From NCBI GenBank assembly GCA_950097015.1, contig CATNEN010000038.1, positions 33,480,001 through 33,544,000 of the forward strand: a stretch of DNA of 64,000 bases, written 5' to 3'. Within the stretch, counting starts at the first letter, position 1; each line of letters begins with the position of its first letter. Of the stretch, positions 24,545-36,391 are shown piece after piece. The DNA comes from Macrostomum hystrix (lineage: Eukaryota > Animalia > Platyhelminthes). Below the pieces are notes generated by a model. It searched no databases, was not told where the DNA came from, and worked only from the letters and a program-made list of their open reading frames with translations. Made by a program: the position numbers and the translations under genes.

Positions 24545-25828
24545 GACTTACTTGACTTAGCGGCAGGGAGCCTCCATGACGGACGCAGCGAGGAGGCGGC
24601 CGGTGCCGCCCATATCGCTAACCCCTGGCAGCCGGACGGCCTCCAGCGAGGCGGTGCCGCTCAGGGTGGTCCGTCGGTCGGTTCCGCCGCGTGATCTCCC
24701 TCGCCATAGGCTGGGAAGAAATCAGCTCGGCCGGTATCGCGGAGGAAGTGGGCGAGCTGTGCAATGCTCTCGGGCGAGCAGGCTTCGACTAGGGTCGGCA
24801 CCGGCCCGAGATGTTTTAGCCTAGCCCGGGTGAAGGCCGGGCAGTGGCAGATGAAATGCTCGGCGTTTTCACGTCCGGAGCAGCAGAAGGGACACGTTTC
24901 CTCAGACACGTGGCCTTGGAGGTAGCGGTGTCTGGTGAAGCAGCCATGTCCCGAGAGGGCCATGGTGACTGCTCTCAGGTCTCTGCGATTTAGCCTAAGC
25001 AAGGCTTTACGCAGGTTACTAGAGGGGGTTGGCACCGCAGCCCTGGACTGGCGACAGTTCAGGGTGCTAGACCACCTCCTTCGGTGTTGGGTCTCCATCC
25101 AGCGGTTGATGTTGGAGTTTACCACAGAAATAGGGATCGGGGCCTCCAGGCCCGGGCCCATCAGGGAGCTGGCTGCTCCAGCCTTTGCAAGCTGGTCCGC
25201 CATCTCATTCCCTGTGAGCCCGGCGTGCCCAGGGATCCACATCAGCTCCACCTTGTTAGACTGTGCCAATCCGTTTAACTGGGTGTGGCAGTCTAAGGTG
25301 GTCCTGGAACGAGAGGTGCAGCGGCTGAGGGCCTTGAGAGCTGCTTGACTGTCGGAGTGAAAGAAAATCCTTCGTCCAGCCAGCTCCCTCTGGCGCAGTT
25401 CAGCCACACAGAGACTAATGGCGAGCATTTCGTTTTGGAAAACGCTTGAGCTCTTGCCACAGTGTTGGGAGTGGGTCCAGAGGACGTCACCACCCGAGGC
25501 GACGCACACTCCGAATCCCGAATTACCGTTCATCAGAGAGCCGTCAGTGTAGCAGTGGACCGCTGGGTCATCCCAGCAGTCCTTAACCTCATTGCGAGGA
25601 AGGATGCTGACCTTGTACCTGTGGCTCCGGAGTAAAGTGGCCAGGGCCCCATCCGAGAGGATGTTGAGCCCTCCACACTCGCCCAGAGTTTTCAGGCATA
25701 GGTCAGAGTGAGGCAGAAGGGAGCGCTTCGGGAAGGCTCGCAGCTTCTGGAAGGAGACCCCCGCATCTAGAAGATGCCGGGTGGACTTTGCCGCTTCCCC
25801 CTTGATATAAATGTCAATGGGTGTAGCG
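24545..25828 (-). mobile_element. 5'-truncated non-LTR retrotransposon with RNase H and C-terminal Cys/His finger
   Basis: [41 protein letters not shown]; [12 protein letters not shown]; short AAGT(C) tail; 12-bp TSD CTTGGCTCCTGT at 24533-24544 and 25829-25840. Confidence 0.93.
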
Positions 25829-26109
25829 CTTGGCTCCTGTACTCGGCAGTGGATTGGGTTGGATTCAATTAACTAATTTTCTAGTTCTACGATTTTCGTC
25901 CATACCTGCACACCTATGCACAAGAAGGTGGGCAGATAGGGAAGGACGCTTTTTTAGAGGTCTCACCCTCAGCCATGGCAACTGTCACTCAAGGCGCTAC
26001 AAAACGCGTAAAATTGGGAACACCCGACGTGTTTATTCGCAGTCTTAACAACATAGTTCGGTTTAGCTAAATCTTCTTACTTCAGAGCGTCCAAAAAGCT
26101 TACAAAAAC

Positions 26110-27039
26110 ATGCTTCGAAATTTCACTAAAGCACTATTAGCAACAATCACTATCACGATTTTACCGCTTGAAACAGCAACGCAAGGGGTGTACAAGACTC
26201 CTCGACTTCACGGAATGAAAGTAACACCAAGCCAAGCCAGGCTGCTCCCATCAGCTGGTCCAGTTAAATTTAGCCTCATCAGCTGCGTGTCGGCCGCTCT
26301 GTCGTCCGAGTCCCAGGAGCCGTCCCGGGCTCCCGTGGCCGAGTTCGACGAGAGCTCCGGCAGCTGCAGGCGACTCGGCCAGCCGATGTTCGCCAACCAT
26401 TCGCCAGCTGTGCAGCAGCCTGCTGTGAAGCTGTACGCGAGCTCACGCATCGGAGAGCCCAGACTCGCTCTGTTCTCCATCAAGGCCGGATCAGGAGTCT
26501 CTGCGAGGTCGCTCTACTCGACTCCCGTCGCCGACTGCGGCGCCGGAGGCTTCCTCATGCTGTGGCCGGACTCCGTGCCTCAGGTGGCCAGCTATCGATC
26601 GTGCTGGATCGATCGACTGACGCAGCTCACCCAGCTTACTGAGCTGATGCCGCGTCGGCAGCTGATCGTCGAGCTGCTGGCCTCATCCGGAGCGAGACTG
26701 CTCAGGATCGTGTTCGACGCGAGCTTCGGCACGAACTGGTTCAGCAAGGCGGCTGTGCTCAGCAGCGAGCCTGAACTAAACCTGGGATCAAGGCCTTATT
26801 TGTACTTTAACATTCCTGGATTTTATGCACCTGAAAGTTCGATCGACCGAAGCTTTTATATCCTGACAGGTGAGGGCGGCTGTGGCTCAGACGCTGGCCT
26901 GTTGGCTGTGGTAAACGTCGTTGACGTGTGCAGCTGGGCAAGAGTGGCAAAGCTGCCTGGTATTGTCTACTCGCCGAGCTTCGCCAATTTTGAAAACAGC
27001 AGAATGCTGGCGGAGTACTTTGTTGTGCTGGCAGCCTGA
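26110..27039 (+). CDS. Modular secreted protein family, copy 3 (N-module B + core + C-module Y)
   Basis: ATG-initiated 309 aa ORF with signal peptide; core 26272-26771. Confidence 0.87.
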   Translation: MLRNFTKALLATITITILPLETATQGVYKTPRLHGMKVTPSQARLLPSAGPVKFSLISCVSAALSSESQEPSRAPVAEFDESSGSCRRLGQPMFANHSPAVQQPAVKLYASSRIGEPRLALFSIKAGSGVSARSLYSTPVADCGAGGFLMLWPDSVPQVASYRSCWIDRLTQLTQLTELMPRRQLIVELLASSGARLLRIVFDASFGTNWFSKAAVLSSEPELNLGSRPYLYFNIPGFYAPESSIDRSFYILTGEGGCGSDAGLLAVVNVVDVCSWARVAKLPGIVYSPSFANFENSRMLAEYFVVLAA

Positions 27040-27799
27040 ACTCAACCCATGGTGTTTGAAAGCTAAAACAAAAATTGTTATTAAATGCATAATGCTTTTA
27101 CTGCGTGTCTAAGCAGCCTTGATACTTTTGTGGCTTTTCCTTCTTGAAGCACAAGAATTTCAAACAAAAGTATGCTACATTCTTGTCACTGTTACTGTCA
27201 TAAGGCTTCAAAAAGCTGATGTTTTTGAGTTACAGTTTGCTTATCAGTTCTCAACTCCTTGAGATGTCTTACTAATTCATAAGATAGATTTTGCCACTCA
27301 GTTACCTTTCCACTTACAAGTCAACTGACGACATGTCACGCAATTTTTCAGATTTCTGCCTGCTGTTGTCTTGTTATTCTAGTCTTGTTTCTCCGCTGTT
27401 AACGAATATTTATATAAATTTCAATATAAACTCTGCTTGCGATGATAAGATTTTGAGGCAGGTGTTGTGACTGTCTTTGACCATACTCCCCAACATCATC
27501 GCCTTTCACCTTGTACTGTTCTCTGGTGTGAGGTTCCAAAAGCTAACCTTCAAGGACAATTAAAAGTACAAGGAGAATTAAAAAAAAACTATGACAAAGG
27601 CGAGGCGTCCAAAACAACTATCAGCATACGTTATTGTGCTTTGGCAAAAGCAGTTCAAATATGAAACAAAGACTCAATCATTTCTGGATTCAAAATGCTG
27701 GTTTAATGAAGGCCACAACAAGCAAGCAAGTTGTTGTATTAGTAATATGTATTACTATGTATTACTAGTATTACTATTGTAATATGTTGAATAGTAATA

Positions 27800-27977
27800 T
27801 TAACAATTGCAGGAGGACTGCCGGCAATGGCAGTGTCATTTCGTGACACTAGATCACCAACCAACGGGTAGGCAATTCTGCCCATTCCACCGACTCCTGA
27901 GCACACACAAGTGTGTACATCTGCCCTCATCGTCATCGTCAGGCAGTGTACACTCTCACTACCTTGAAAGTTGACTC
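27800..27977 (-). mobile_element. 3' part of SINE family 1
   Basis: Matches reverse complement of the 29462 copy 3' half including GGCAGTCCTCCTGCAATT. Confidence 0.8.
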
Positions 27978-27989
27978 GTACGCCTGCTA

Positions 27990-28182
27990 TGAGACGCTGC
28001 ACATAATGCAGGGACGTGCGTGTCGCATGATCATGAGCGCCCCGCCATCTGCCCTGCTTTCAACATGCAACCTCTTGCAGCGTCTAACGGTTATCCTTGG
28101 GTCCCCACCACTGTGGAAAACCCCAGTGGTCCATTGCTTCACGGCTGGATCCAAGAAGGACGGTAATCCGGGCTTCAAGGTC
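27990..28182 (+). mobile_element. Decayed fragment of RNase H-bearing LINE
   Basis: LHIMQGRACRMIMSAPPS (post-RT helix-like) and VHCFTAGSKKDGNPGF, which resembles [16 protein letters not shown] of the 24545-25828 LINE. Confidence 0.6.
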
Positions 28183-29084
28183 TGAATCCTTGTCAACGGG
28201 TGCAGATCTGAGAACATCCCGCTGCTCATCCGGTTCCTCTATCAGGGCTACCGAGCTCTCAGTAAGACGAGCGGAGTCTTCGGACCAGCCCACAGCTATA
28301 AGTCAAAAGTGAGTCAAAGTGAGAATTGAACTCATCGGATCATGTTCGACAGTTCAATTCATATATAGGACGCATGCATATATATACAGCTCAGATAAGT
28401 AATCGCTTATCTATGTGCAACAGGAGAAGCGGATTGTCTGAGAAGCAGTCTCAAGTGAGCAACGGTTCATGGAATCACCATCACCAGTAACGATTTTTTA
28501 AAACTCTTTAAACAAAAATCGATACAAAAACTCATTTAATTTGAGTGCGGCACAATAGATCAATTAAAAAAGGACCGTGCTCAACCGGCTGATTGATTTC
28601 GCAGCGGTCACTTAGTGTGTCAGTCGATGTCATTGATTCCATCGACATGCGCTGCGGAATTGCTATAAATTCAGAAAGTGACACTTGAGAACACTGATTG
28701 ACAGGTGAGCTTTCAGACTCGAAGGTCTTTGACAAATGTTTCAACGAATATTGCATTAAAACTCTTCTAATCTACTCTTCAATGGAAAATGAGGCGTAAG
28801 TTTTTAATATAATTAATAATTTATTTTTCTGAATCAAAGGGCTTCACCTTCAAGTGTTGATCCAGTAAGATATTATTTTATAAATTAGCAGTCCTAAATT
28901 GATTAACTCGCCAAATTTCATTTAGCTGGCAGCAGAACTTGAGCGGTCGGCAGGTGGCTAACGAAGCTTTTAATCACCAACAGCTCGAGGCAACATTGAG
29001 GTGCGTGTGTCCATTGCCTCATTGCAGCTCTTAGGAACGATTTACTTTTATAGCATTGATTTATACATGTGTAACCACACACAC

Positions 29085-29350
29085 GGATTGTAGCCTAGTG
29101 GTTGGAGCGACTCACGACTTGAGATCAGGGGTTTGATTCCCGACTCAACTGAATTGCCTCATCAGTTCACCCGGCTGTTAAATATTACCCCAGCATTAGT
29201 TGTGGTAATTTACGGTTGTGGCGTCTCCCAGTCCATGGACTGAACAGCCGTACGCAGCCTTCAAGATGCGCAGCGCGATAGCCGCGGCTATGATATCGAC
29301 TGAACATCTGAACTTATTTATGGGGCAGGTGTAATAAATTATTATTAATA
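29085..29350 (+). mobile_element. Probable tRNA-derived SINE family 2
   Basis: A-box-like TAGCCTAGTGG, B-box-like GGTTTGATTCCC, central CAGTTCACCCGGCTGTTAAAT, ATT-rich tail; similar head on the minus strand near 45160-45200. Confidence 0.5.
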
Positions 29351-29461
29351 CGAGTATTATTAATAATAATTTATTATCCGCCTAGTTGTTGCGCCTACAT
29401 GCTATCTAAGTTCTATCCCTAAAAAATGAATGATTTTAATGTGCTGTCTCAGTAGACTTAA

Positions 29462-29809
29462 GGGTTATTGGTAAAGCGGTTAACGCGTCTACCTCTGACA
29501 CCAAGGTCCCTGAGCTCGATTCCGCGGTGAGGCCACATTAAATTGGGGCGCAGCAGCGGAGAGAAGGCTTGGGGGCTTGTCGTGCAATTTACGCCAACCT
29601 TCAAGGCACAGTGAAAGTAAAAACTGCCTGACAATGAGAAAGTCAGGGCAGATGAACACCTCTGTGTGAGCATGTGTCTATCTGTGTGCATGTGTGCTGA
29701 GGAGTCAGCGGAATGGGCAGAATTGCCTACCCACTGGCTGGGGATCTAGTGTCACCAAATGATGTTCCATTGCCGGCAGTCCTCCTGCAATTATTATTAT
29801 TATTATTAT
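29462..29809 (+). mobile_element. Near full-length SINE family 1
   Basis: A-box TGGTAAAGCGG, B-box-like GCTCGATTCC, conserved body, (ATT)n tail. Confidence 0.88.
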
Positions 29810-29845
29810 AACTATTCTCAGTAGACTTATGTATTTACATTGTAG

Positions 29846-29919
29846 CAGACCAACAGCGAAAACATTTTTTTCATGATTTAAGAAACCCTTCGGCAAACGA
29901 ATTGCTCTTCGCTGTTGCT

Positions 29920-29951
<32 letters not shown>

Positions 29952-30375
29952 GCCATCGAGCCCTCGAGCGGTATTCGCACATCGATGCCACCAGTGCGGC
30001 AGCGGCTTCCATAGTCAGTCGGAGCTGAACGCTCACTTCGCGGCCAGGCACGCTGGAGAGACGCTGCCGCGAGAGCTGACCGACGCCAAGTCGTGGAACT
30101 CAGCAGCCCTGTCCGACTCTCGCCTGGCCTCCGTGGCGGTTCGACTGCCCAGCGACGCCTCTGTGCTGGTCGGCTTCCGCTGTCCGGACTGCGGCCACCT
30201 GGCCAAGTGGCCGACGGAGCTGCAGAAGCACGCCATGGTGCACTCGGCTGCCCGGCCCCACGTCTGCGCGGTGTGCGGCCGAGCCTACAAATGGAAGTGG
30301 GACCTAGCCAGACACTTCCGACGCTGCCACGGCTGCCTTGTGAACCCCTACCAGAAGAGGCAGCGCAATTTGTAG
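29846..30375 (+). CDS. Terminal exon of a C2H2 zinc-finger protein (3 fingers, polyQ)
   Basis: CHQC..HFAARH, CPDC..HAMVH, linker SAARPH, CAVC..HFRRCH; tgtag acceptor at 29845; possible micro first exon ATGAGGC|GTAAG at 28789-28795. Confidence 0.82.
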
Positions 30376-30810
30376 GCTACATTAGCCCACTAGCCACTGC
30401 CGTGCTGAACTGCTCGTTACTTCTTCCTCTTAGTACTTTGCATTGTTCCTTTTGTGAGGCCGCGGTTTCAGTGAAGGCATAAAATTGTAAATTTTGGATT
30501 TTAGATTATGATAAAATTTAAACTGAAGTTATTATTGTACAGTATGTGTCAGCCTTAATATAGAACCTTTAACTTTTAGGCTAATGTGTATACTCGTAAT
30601 GAAATGAAAAACGCAGGCTGCACTCATTAAAGAATGGCTTTTGTGCCAGATAGCCCTGCTGCTAATATTGTTGCAATGTTTAACAGAAAAGTCTAATTGT
30701 CATAAATTCCACGTAACAAGAAAACGACTCAAGGCACGGCGCACAGATCCACTCTGCGCTGTGTGCAAACAAAAAAGTTAAGAGTCGACCAATGCTGGGC
30801 ATAAACTGGC

Positions 30811-31746
30811 TCACACCACATAAACTATCAAGAAGGCTGCGTGTTTTCTGTCGCTAGCGAATGTGGCAAAGTTCGGCTTGAATATGATTCCAGGAATACG
30901 GGCCACTCTTGCCCAGCTGCACACGTCAACGACGTTTACCACAGCCAACAGGCCAGCGTCTGAGCCACAGCCGCCCTCACTTGTCAGGATATAAAAGCTT
31001 CGGTCGATCGAACTACCAGGAGCATAAAACCCAGGAATGTTAAAGTACAAATAAGGCCTTGATCCCAGGTTTAGTTGGGGCTCGCTGCTGAGCACAGCCG
31101 CCTTGCTGAACCAGTTCGTGCCGAAGCTCGCGTCGAACACGATCCTGAGCAGTCTCGCTCCGGATGAGGCCAGCAGCTCGACGATCAGCTGCCGACGCGG
31201 CATCAGCTCAGTCAGCTCGATGAGCTGCGTCAGTCGATCGATCCAGCACGATCGATAGCTGGCCACCTGAGGCACGGAGTCTGGCCACAGCATGAGGAAG
31301 CCTCCGGCGCCGCAGTCGGCGACGGGAGTCGAGTAGAGCGACCTCGCAGAGACTCCCGATCCGGCCTTGATGGAGAACAGAGCGAGTCTGGGCTCTCCGA
31401 TGCGTGAGCTCGCGTACAGCTTCACAGCAGGCTGCTGCACGGCTGGCGAATGGTTGGCGAACATCGGCTGGCCGAGTCGCCTGCAGCTGCCGGAGCTCTC
31501 GTCGAACTCGGCCACGGGAGCCCGGGACGGCTCCTGGGACTCGGAGGACAGAGCGGCCGACACGCAGCTCACGAGGCTCAACGCACCATAGGTCAGAAGC
31601 TGCTGAGACTTAGATGATTCGACTGTCAGTCCATGAGCCCTCACCTGGTTCATCACCTTCGCAGTAGATGAGTCTATCACAGCTACGAGCGTTAGCATTA
31701 GCAGCAGGATGAGACTGATTCTGTCGTGGCAAAAATGGGCAGTCAT
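30811..31746 (-). CDS. Modular secreted protein family, copy 4 (N-module A + core + C-module Y with a distinct tail)
   Basis: N-terminus and upstream DNA ~99% identical to copy 1; C-module matches copy 3 up to CSWARVA. Confidence 0.87.
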   Translation of the reverse strand: MTAHFCHDRISLILLLMLTLVAVIDSSTAKVMNQVRAHGLTVESSKSQQLLTYGALSLVSCVSAALSSESQEPSRAPVAEFDESSGSCRRLGQPMFANHSPAVQQPAVKLYASSRIGEPRLALFSIKAGSGVSARSLYSTPVADCGAGGFLMLWPDSVPQVASYRSCWIDRLTQLIELTELMPRRQLIVELLASSGARLLRIVFDASFGTNWFSKAAVLSSEPQLNLGSRPYLYFNIPGFYAPGSSIDRSFYILTSEGGCGSDAGLLAVVNVVDVCSWARVARIPGIIFKPNFATFASDRKHAAFLIVYVV

Positions 31747-32099
31747 TTCTTGCTTTCGGTAGAGAAGAATTTCTAGATCCGATATTACGACATGCATTTT
31801 TATTGGCAACAGTTGAAAAATCTAAAAGCTTCTAATTGAAAGTCTCTTTACCAACTAATACACAGTACTTGAAGCTAATTTCCTCTCTTGCACGCCGTCT
31901 TGATGGACTTGAAGTATGCATTTAAACATGTCGACTCAATTCAGTGAGAAATGTTTTCTGCTATCAATATTTCTCAAGCGCTGTCCATCGCGTTGCATCA
32001 GCTCTCATTGAATCATGTTATTAAAATGTTTGTCACCTTGTTTCCTATACGAATCTATAGTTGTATCCGCTGAAGTTTTTTTCAGATATCACGCGCATT

Positions 32100-32427
32100 G
32101 GTGGTGCTATAGTTGGCAGTGGGTGGTGCTAGTTGGCAGTGGGTGATGCTAGTTGGCAGTGGGTGGTGCTAGTTGGCAGTGGGTGATGCTAGTTGGCAGT
32201 GGGTGGTGCTAGTTGGCAGTGGGTGGTGCTAGTTGGCAGTGGGTGGTGCTAGTTGGCAGTGGGTGATGCTAGTTGGCAGTGGGTGGTGCTAGTTGGCAGT
32301 GGGTGGTGCTAGTTGGCAGTGGGTGGTGCTAGTTGGCAGTGGGTGATGCTAGTTGGCAGTGGGTGGTGCTAGTTGGCAGTGGGTGGTGCTAGTTGGCAGT
32401 GGGTGGTGCTAGTTGGCAGTGGGTGGT
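32100..32427. repeat. Inverted copy of the 20-bp minisatellite, ~16 units
   Basis: (GGGTGGTGCTAGTTGGCAGT)n is the reverse complement of the 915-1940 unit. Confidence 0.97.
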
Positions 32428-32597
32428 TCTTCCAGATTCGTTAAACGCGTGAGTAACAGTAGACAGAAGACAAAGTTAGTAGACGAACTTTATTTCAACC
32501 TTAATTTCAGCTAACCTATTGGTGCTAGGAGCTTTCAGCTCAAGCAGAGCTTCCAGTCAAAACAATACAGCGACTTCTCGAAGCGCAAAGCGATTCC

Positions 32598-33518
32598 CTA
32601 AGCAACAAACACAACAAAATATTCGGCCAGACGTCTATTTGAGACAAAGTAGGAGATAGCTTGATTGTAGATAATGGCAGGCAGCGCGGGGGCCTTGGCC
32701 CAGTTGCAGGGATCAACTCTGTCCACTACAGCAAGCAGCCCGAGGTCGGTTTCGCAGGCGCCCTCGCCTGTGATGATGTAGAAATTCCGGACAATTGAGG
32801 AACCTGGTTTATAATACCCTGAAATGCTAAAGTACACGTAAGATCTTGAGGCCAAGTTGAGGTTGGGCTCGCTGCTGAGCACAGCCGCCTTGCTGAACCA
32901 GTTCGTGCCGAAGCTCGCGTCGAACACGATCCTGAGCAGTCTCGCTCCGGATGAGGCCAGCAGCTCGACGATCAGCTGCCGACGCGGCATCAGCTCAGTC
33001 AGCTGGGTGAGCTGCGTCAGTCGATCGATCCAGCACGATCGATAGCTGGCCACCTGAGGCACGGAGTCCGGCCACAGCATGAGGAAGCCTCCGGCGCCGC
33101 AGTCGGCGACGGGAGTCGAGTAGAGCGACCTCGCAGAGACTCCTGATCCGGCCTTGATGGAGAACAGAGCGAGTCTGGGCTCTCCGATGCGTGAGCTCGC
33201 GTACAGCTTCACAGCAGGCTGCTGCACAGCTGGCGAATGGTTGGCGAACATCGGCTGGCCGAGTCGCCTGCAGCTGCCGGAGCTCTCGTTGAACTCGGCC
33301 ACGGGAGCCCGGGACGGCTCCTGGGACTCGGAGGACAGAGCGGCATTCGCGCAGCTGATGGAACTACTAATTCGTGTAAGCAGTAAGTGCGTGGCCGGTG
33401 ACTTTAGAGTCACATGCTGAGATAGAATGCGATTCACGCAGTCAAATCGAGTCTTAGCGCTGATTTGAGCAATCGAGCTGAGAAGCACTGCGTAGACTAG
33501 CGACTTTACCGGCCTCAT
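32598..33518 (-). CDS. Modular secreted protein family, copy 5 (N-module C + core + C-module Z)
   Basis: ATG-initiated 306 aa ORF with signal peptide; core 32867-33343. Confidence 0.87.
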   Translation of the reverse strand: MRPVKSLVYAVLLSSIAQISAKTRFDCVNRILSQHVTLKSPATHLLLTRISSSISCANAALSSESQEPSRAPVAEFNESSGSCRRLGQPMFANHSPAVQQPAVKLYASSRIGEPRLALFSIKAGSGVSARSLYSTPVADCGAGGFLMLWPDSVPQVASYRSCWIDRLTQLTQLTELMPRRQLIVELLASSGARLLRIVFDASFGTNWFSKAAVLSSEPNLNLASRSYVYFSISGYYKPGSSIVRNFYIITGEGACETDLGLLAVVDRVDPCNWAKAPALPAIIYNQAISYFVSNRRLAEYFVVFVA

Positions 33519-34773
33519 TTTGGTGCCACGAGTAAGTTTGTCTTCCTGTCCCTTGGCAAAAGTTTTTTATGCACAATTTGAGCCACTTAGCATTGCTGAT
33601 TGGCTTCTCATTTGCAATCGCTATTTGAGGCTGGTATGCAGAGAGCTGCATGGAAATTTGACAGTGATGCTTTAATAGCTTTTTCTGTCATATTTCAATT
33701 ATGTCTTACCTGTCAATCAAAAAAGGTTAGGTTGAGCCATTGTTTGAACTGCTTTTTGTGATAAAAAAATAGGGGGAAGCTTCATGAAGTTTTCACACCA
33801 TGAAATGCTTTTAGCGTGTTTTTGACAAGCACGGGTATTTTTAGGCGTAAATTTTGATTTGTTCATTTAACTCTTCTGTGACTTTAATTGATACACAAGC
33901 TAGAAAGTTTATATTTTACTGGACTACAAAGACTACTGACTAGTGACATGATAATCGTGCATTTCTTTTCTGTTCATCGTCAAATTATTTTTGTACTTGG
34001 TGACTTCCTCATGACTATTGTAGCTCGTATATGCACAATCACCGACGTCAGTTGATAAATTTAGAAACCAGATGATTTCTCACGTGTTTTGCGGCTTTTT
34101 TGCACAGGTTCTTGGCTTTTAAAAGAGGCACCAATGGTTCTAGTTGGCACGCCATACTTACTACTAATAGCTAGGCCTCACATTTATCTGTTTTTACACG
34201 TCTTCATGTTATTAATTTTTGTCTACTCCATTTAATTACAAACTTCAACCTGCAGATTTCAAAGACCTGTGAGCATGGCTCCAATGATCAGCTATATGGG
34301 AATAAGTTGCGTGAAAAGTTGTCAACAAATGTTGGGTTAAGTCTTATGATATACAATCAGTGTGTAACACATGCATGTTTTAATGCCATGCGGAGGGGCT
34401 AATGGCCTATATTTATAAGAGGGTGCTCACAGTCCTATACAGGCCGTCCTGTATGAAATATTCAGAAGCACAATGGACCTAAACTATTAGAAAATAAGAA
34501 GAAAATACGACTCTTGTCAAGTCTCAAGCTTATACGTCATTTTTGGAGGCCTCAGAATTTTAGCCTGTTCTAACATTTGCTATGAACTGAAAAAACTAGG
34601 AAAGATGAAATAAAGGGTGAGGTCCTGAATTTTGCCATAGCAACGGTCGTAAATGCATCGCACCCACCCAATAAGGCTAAAAAATGCTGCTCGAGAGAAA
34701 GCATTCACACAACTTTTTAAAAAACTGTTCTCACAAAAACTAACTGGTCTTGAAATCGAGTAGAGGCGATAAG

Positions 34774-35715
34774 ATGCTGCAGATTGAATCGGCCGGAGTA
34801 CTTTTAGCAACCATCTTCCTGATGCTACAAGGTCTTCCGAATGCAGCTACTACTGAATGTGTGTACAGGACGCCTCGAATTTACGGGTTGAAAATAGCAT
34901 CCACACAAGCCAGGCTGCTCCCATCAGCTGGTCCAGCTAAATTGAGCCTCATCAGCTGCGTGTCGGCCGCTCTGTCGTCCGAGTCCCAGGAGCCGTCCCG
35001 GGCTCCCGTGGCCGAGTTCGACGAGAGCTCCGGCAGCTGCAGGCGACTCGGCCAGCCGATGTTCACCAACCATTCGCCAGCTGTGCAGCAGCCTGCTGTG
35101 AAGCTGTACGCGAGCTCACGCATCGGAGAGCCCAGACTCGCTCTGTTCTCCATCAAGGCCGGATCGGGAGTCTCTGCGAGGTCGCTCTACTCGACTCCCG
35201 TCGCCGACTGTGGCGCCGGAGGCTTCCTCATGCTGTGGCCGGACTCCGTGCCTCAGGTGGCCAGCTATCGATCGTGCTGGATCGATCGACTGACGCAGCT
35301 CATCGAGCTGACTGAGCTGATGCCGCGTCGGCAGCTGATCGTCGAGCTGCTGGCCTCATCCGGAGCGAGACTGCTCAGGATCGTGTTCGACGCGAGCTTC
35401 GGCACGAACTGGTTCAGCAAGGCGGCTGTGCTCAGCAGCGAGCCCGACCTCGGCTTGAAGAACGTGACGTACAACTACTTCAGCATCGCTGGCTACACAA
35501 AACTGAACAACAACGCGAACAGATCCTTCTATATCAGCACGCATCACCAAGCCTGCTCCTCTGACAAGGGCTTGCTTGTGATTATTGAAAACACCATCGA
35601 CCCCTGCAGCTGGGCTCGGGTGCCCGCTGCTCCCGGCATCTTCTGCAACCTGGTCCTTGGCGAGTGGAGCACCAACAATCTGGCAGCTGACTACTTGGTG
35701 GTCTTCATCGCCTAA
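34774..35715 (+). CDS. Modular secreted protein family, copy 6 (N-module B' + core + C-module X)
   Basis: ATG 34774, signal peptide; QARLLPSAGP shared with copy 3; C-module ~94% DNA-identical to copy 1. Confidence 0.87.
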   Translation: MLQIESAGVLLATIFLMLQGLPNAATTECVYRTPRIYGLKIASTQARLLPSAGPAKLSLISCVSAALSSESQEPSRAPVAEFDESSGSCRRLGQPMFTNHSPAVQQPAVKLYASSRIGEPRLALFSIKAGSGVSARSLYSTPVADCGAGGFLMLWPDSVPQVASYRSCWIDRLTQLIELTELMPRRQLIVELLASSGARLLRIVFDASFGTNWFSKAAVLSSEPDLGLKNVTYNYFSIAGYTKLNNNANRSFYISTHHQACSSDKGLLVIIENTIDPCSWARVPAAPGIFCNLVLGEWSTNNLAADYLVVFIA

Positions 35716-36391
35716 CCCTCTCTTGCTGTCTTTATTGATTTTTTTACATTTTTCGCTGGAATTTTTGGGATTGAGATATAAAATTTCGTTTTAACATTTG
35801 TCATCTTGCATAAAGGATTGAGATGTCAAAACGTCAGCGTCCCGCTCCTTATTTCTTCGTTTTTGTGTTTAGTCTTTCTCATTTGCCTATTGAAAATTGA
35901 CAGATTCTAGTCAAGAAAGTTCAAATCGCAGGAATAGGTAAGCATCATGAGTTGCATGCATGTGTCAATTTCAGGTTCAAGTGAATTGTTGGTATTGTCT
36001 GTCTCTGAGCATCGAGTGATATTTCTCTTCGAAAAATATTTTGATTGAAGCCTGTCAACCCAAGGGATTCTGAAGAATAGGCAAGCTGAGAACACTAAAA
36101 GTATCTATTGAGTTGGCTTGCTTATTGTAAGGCGTAGATGAATGACGCGATTGTACAATATTTAGTATAGAGCATGCAAAGTTAATGTTGTATAAGTGGT
36201 CCGTTACATTTTAAAAGATGGGAAGAAATTCTCGCCCATACAATGGTAGATTATATAGTATGTTATGGCCATTATTTAACGCCGAAACATACTATATAAT
36301 TGCATTGTATATATAGCATACCAGTAGCCAATTATAATTATTTATTTGAGTTAAGCAATGACAACTTTTGTCATTGCTTAACTCTGCCTAC

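Noticed and set aside
29462-29530. tRNA gene
   Set aside because: A/B-box head continues into a shared ~300-bp body and ATT tail in many copies, so it is a SINE; no complete cloverleaf
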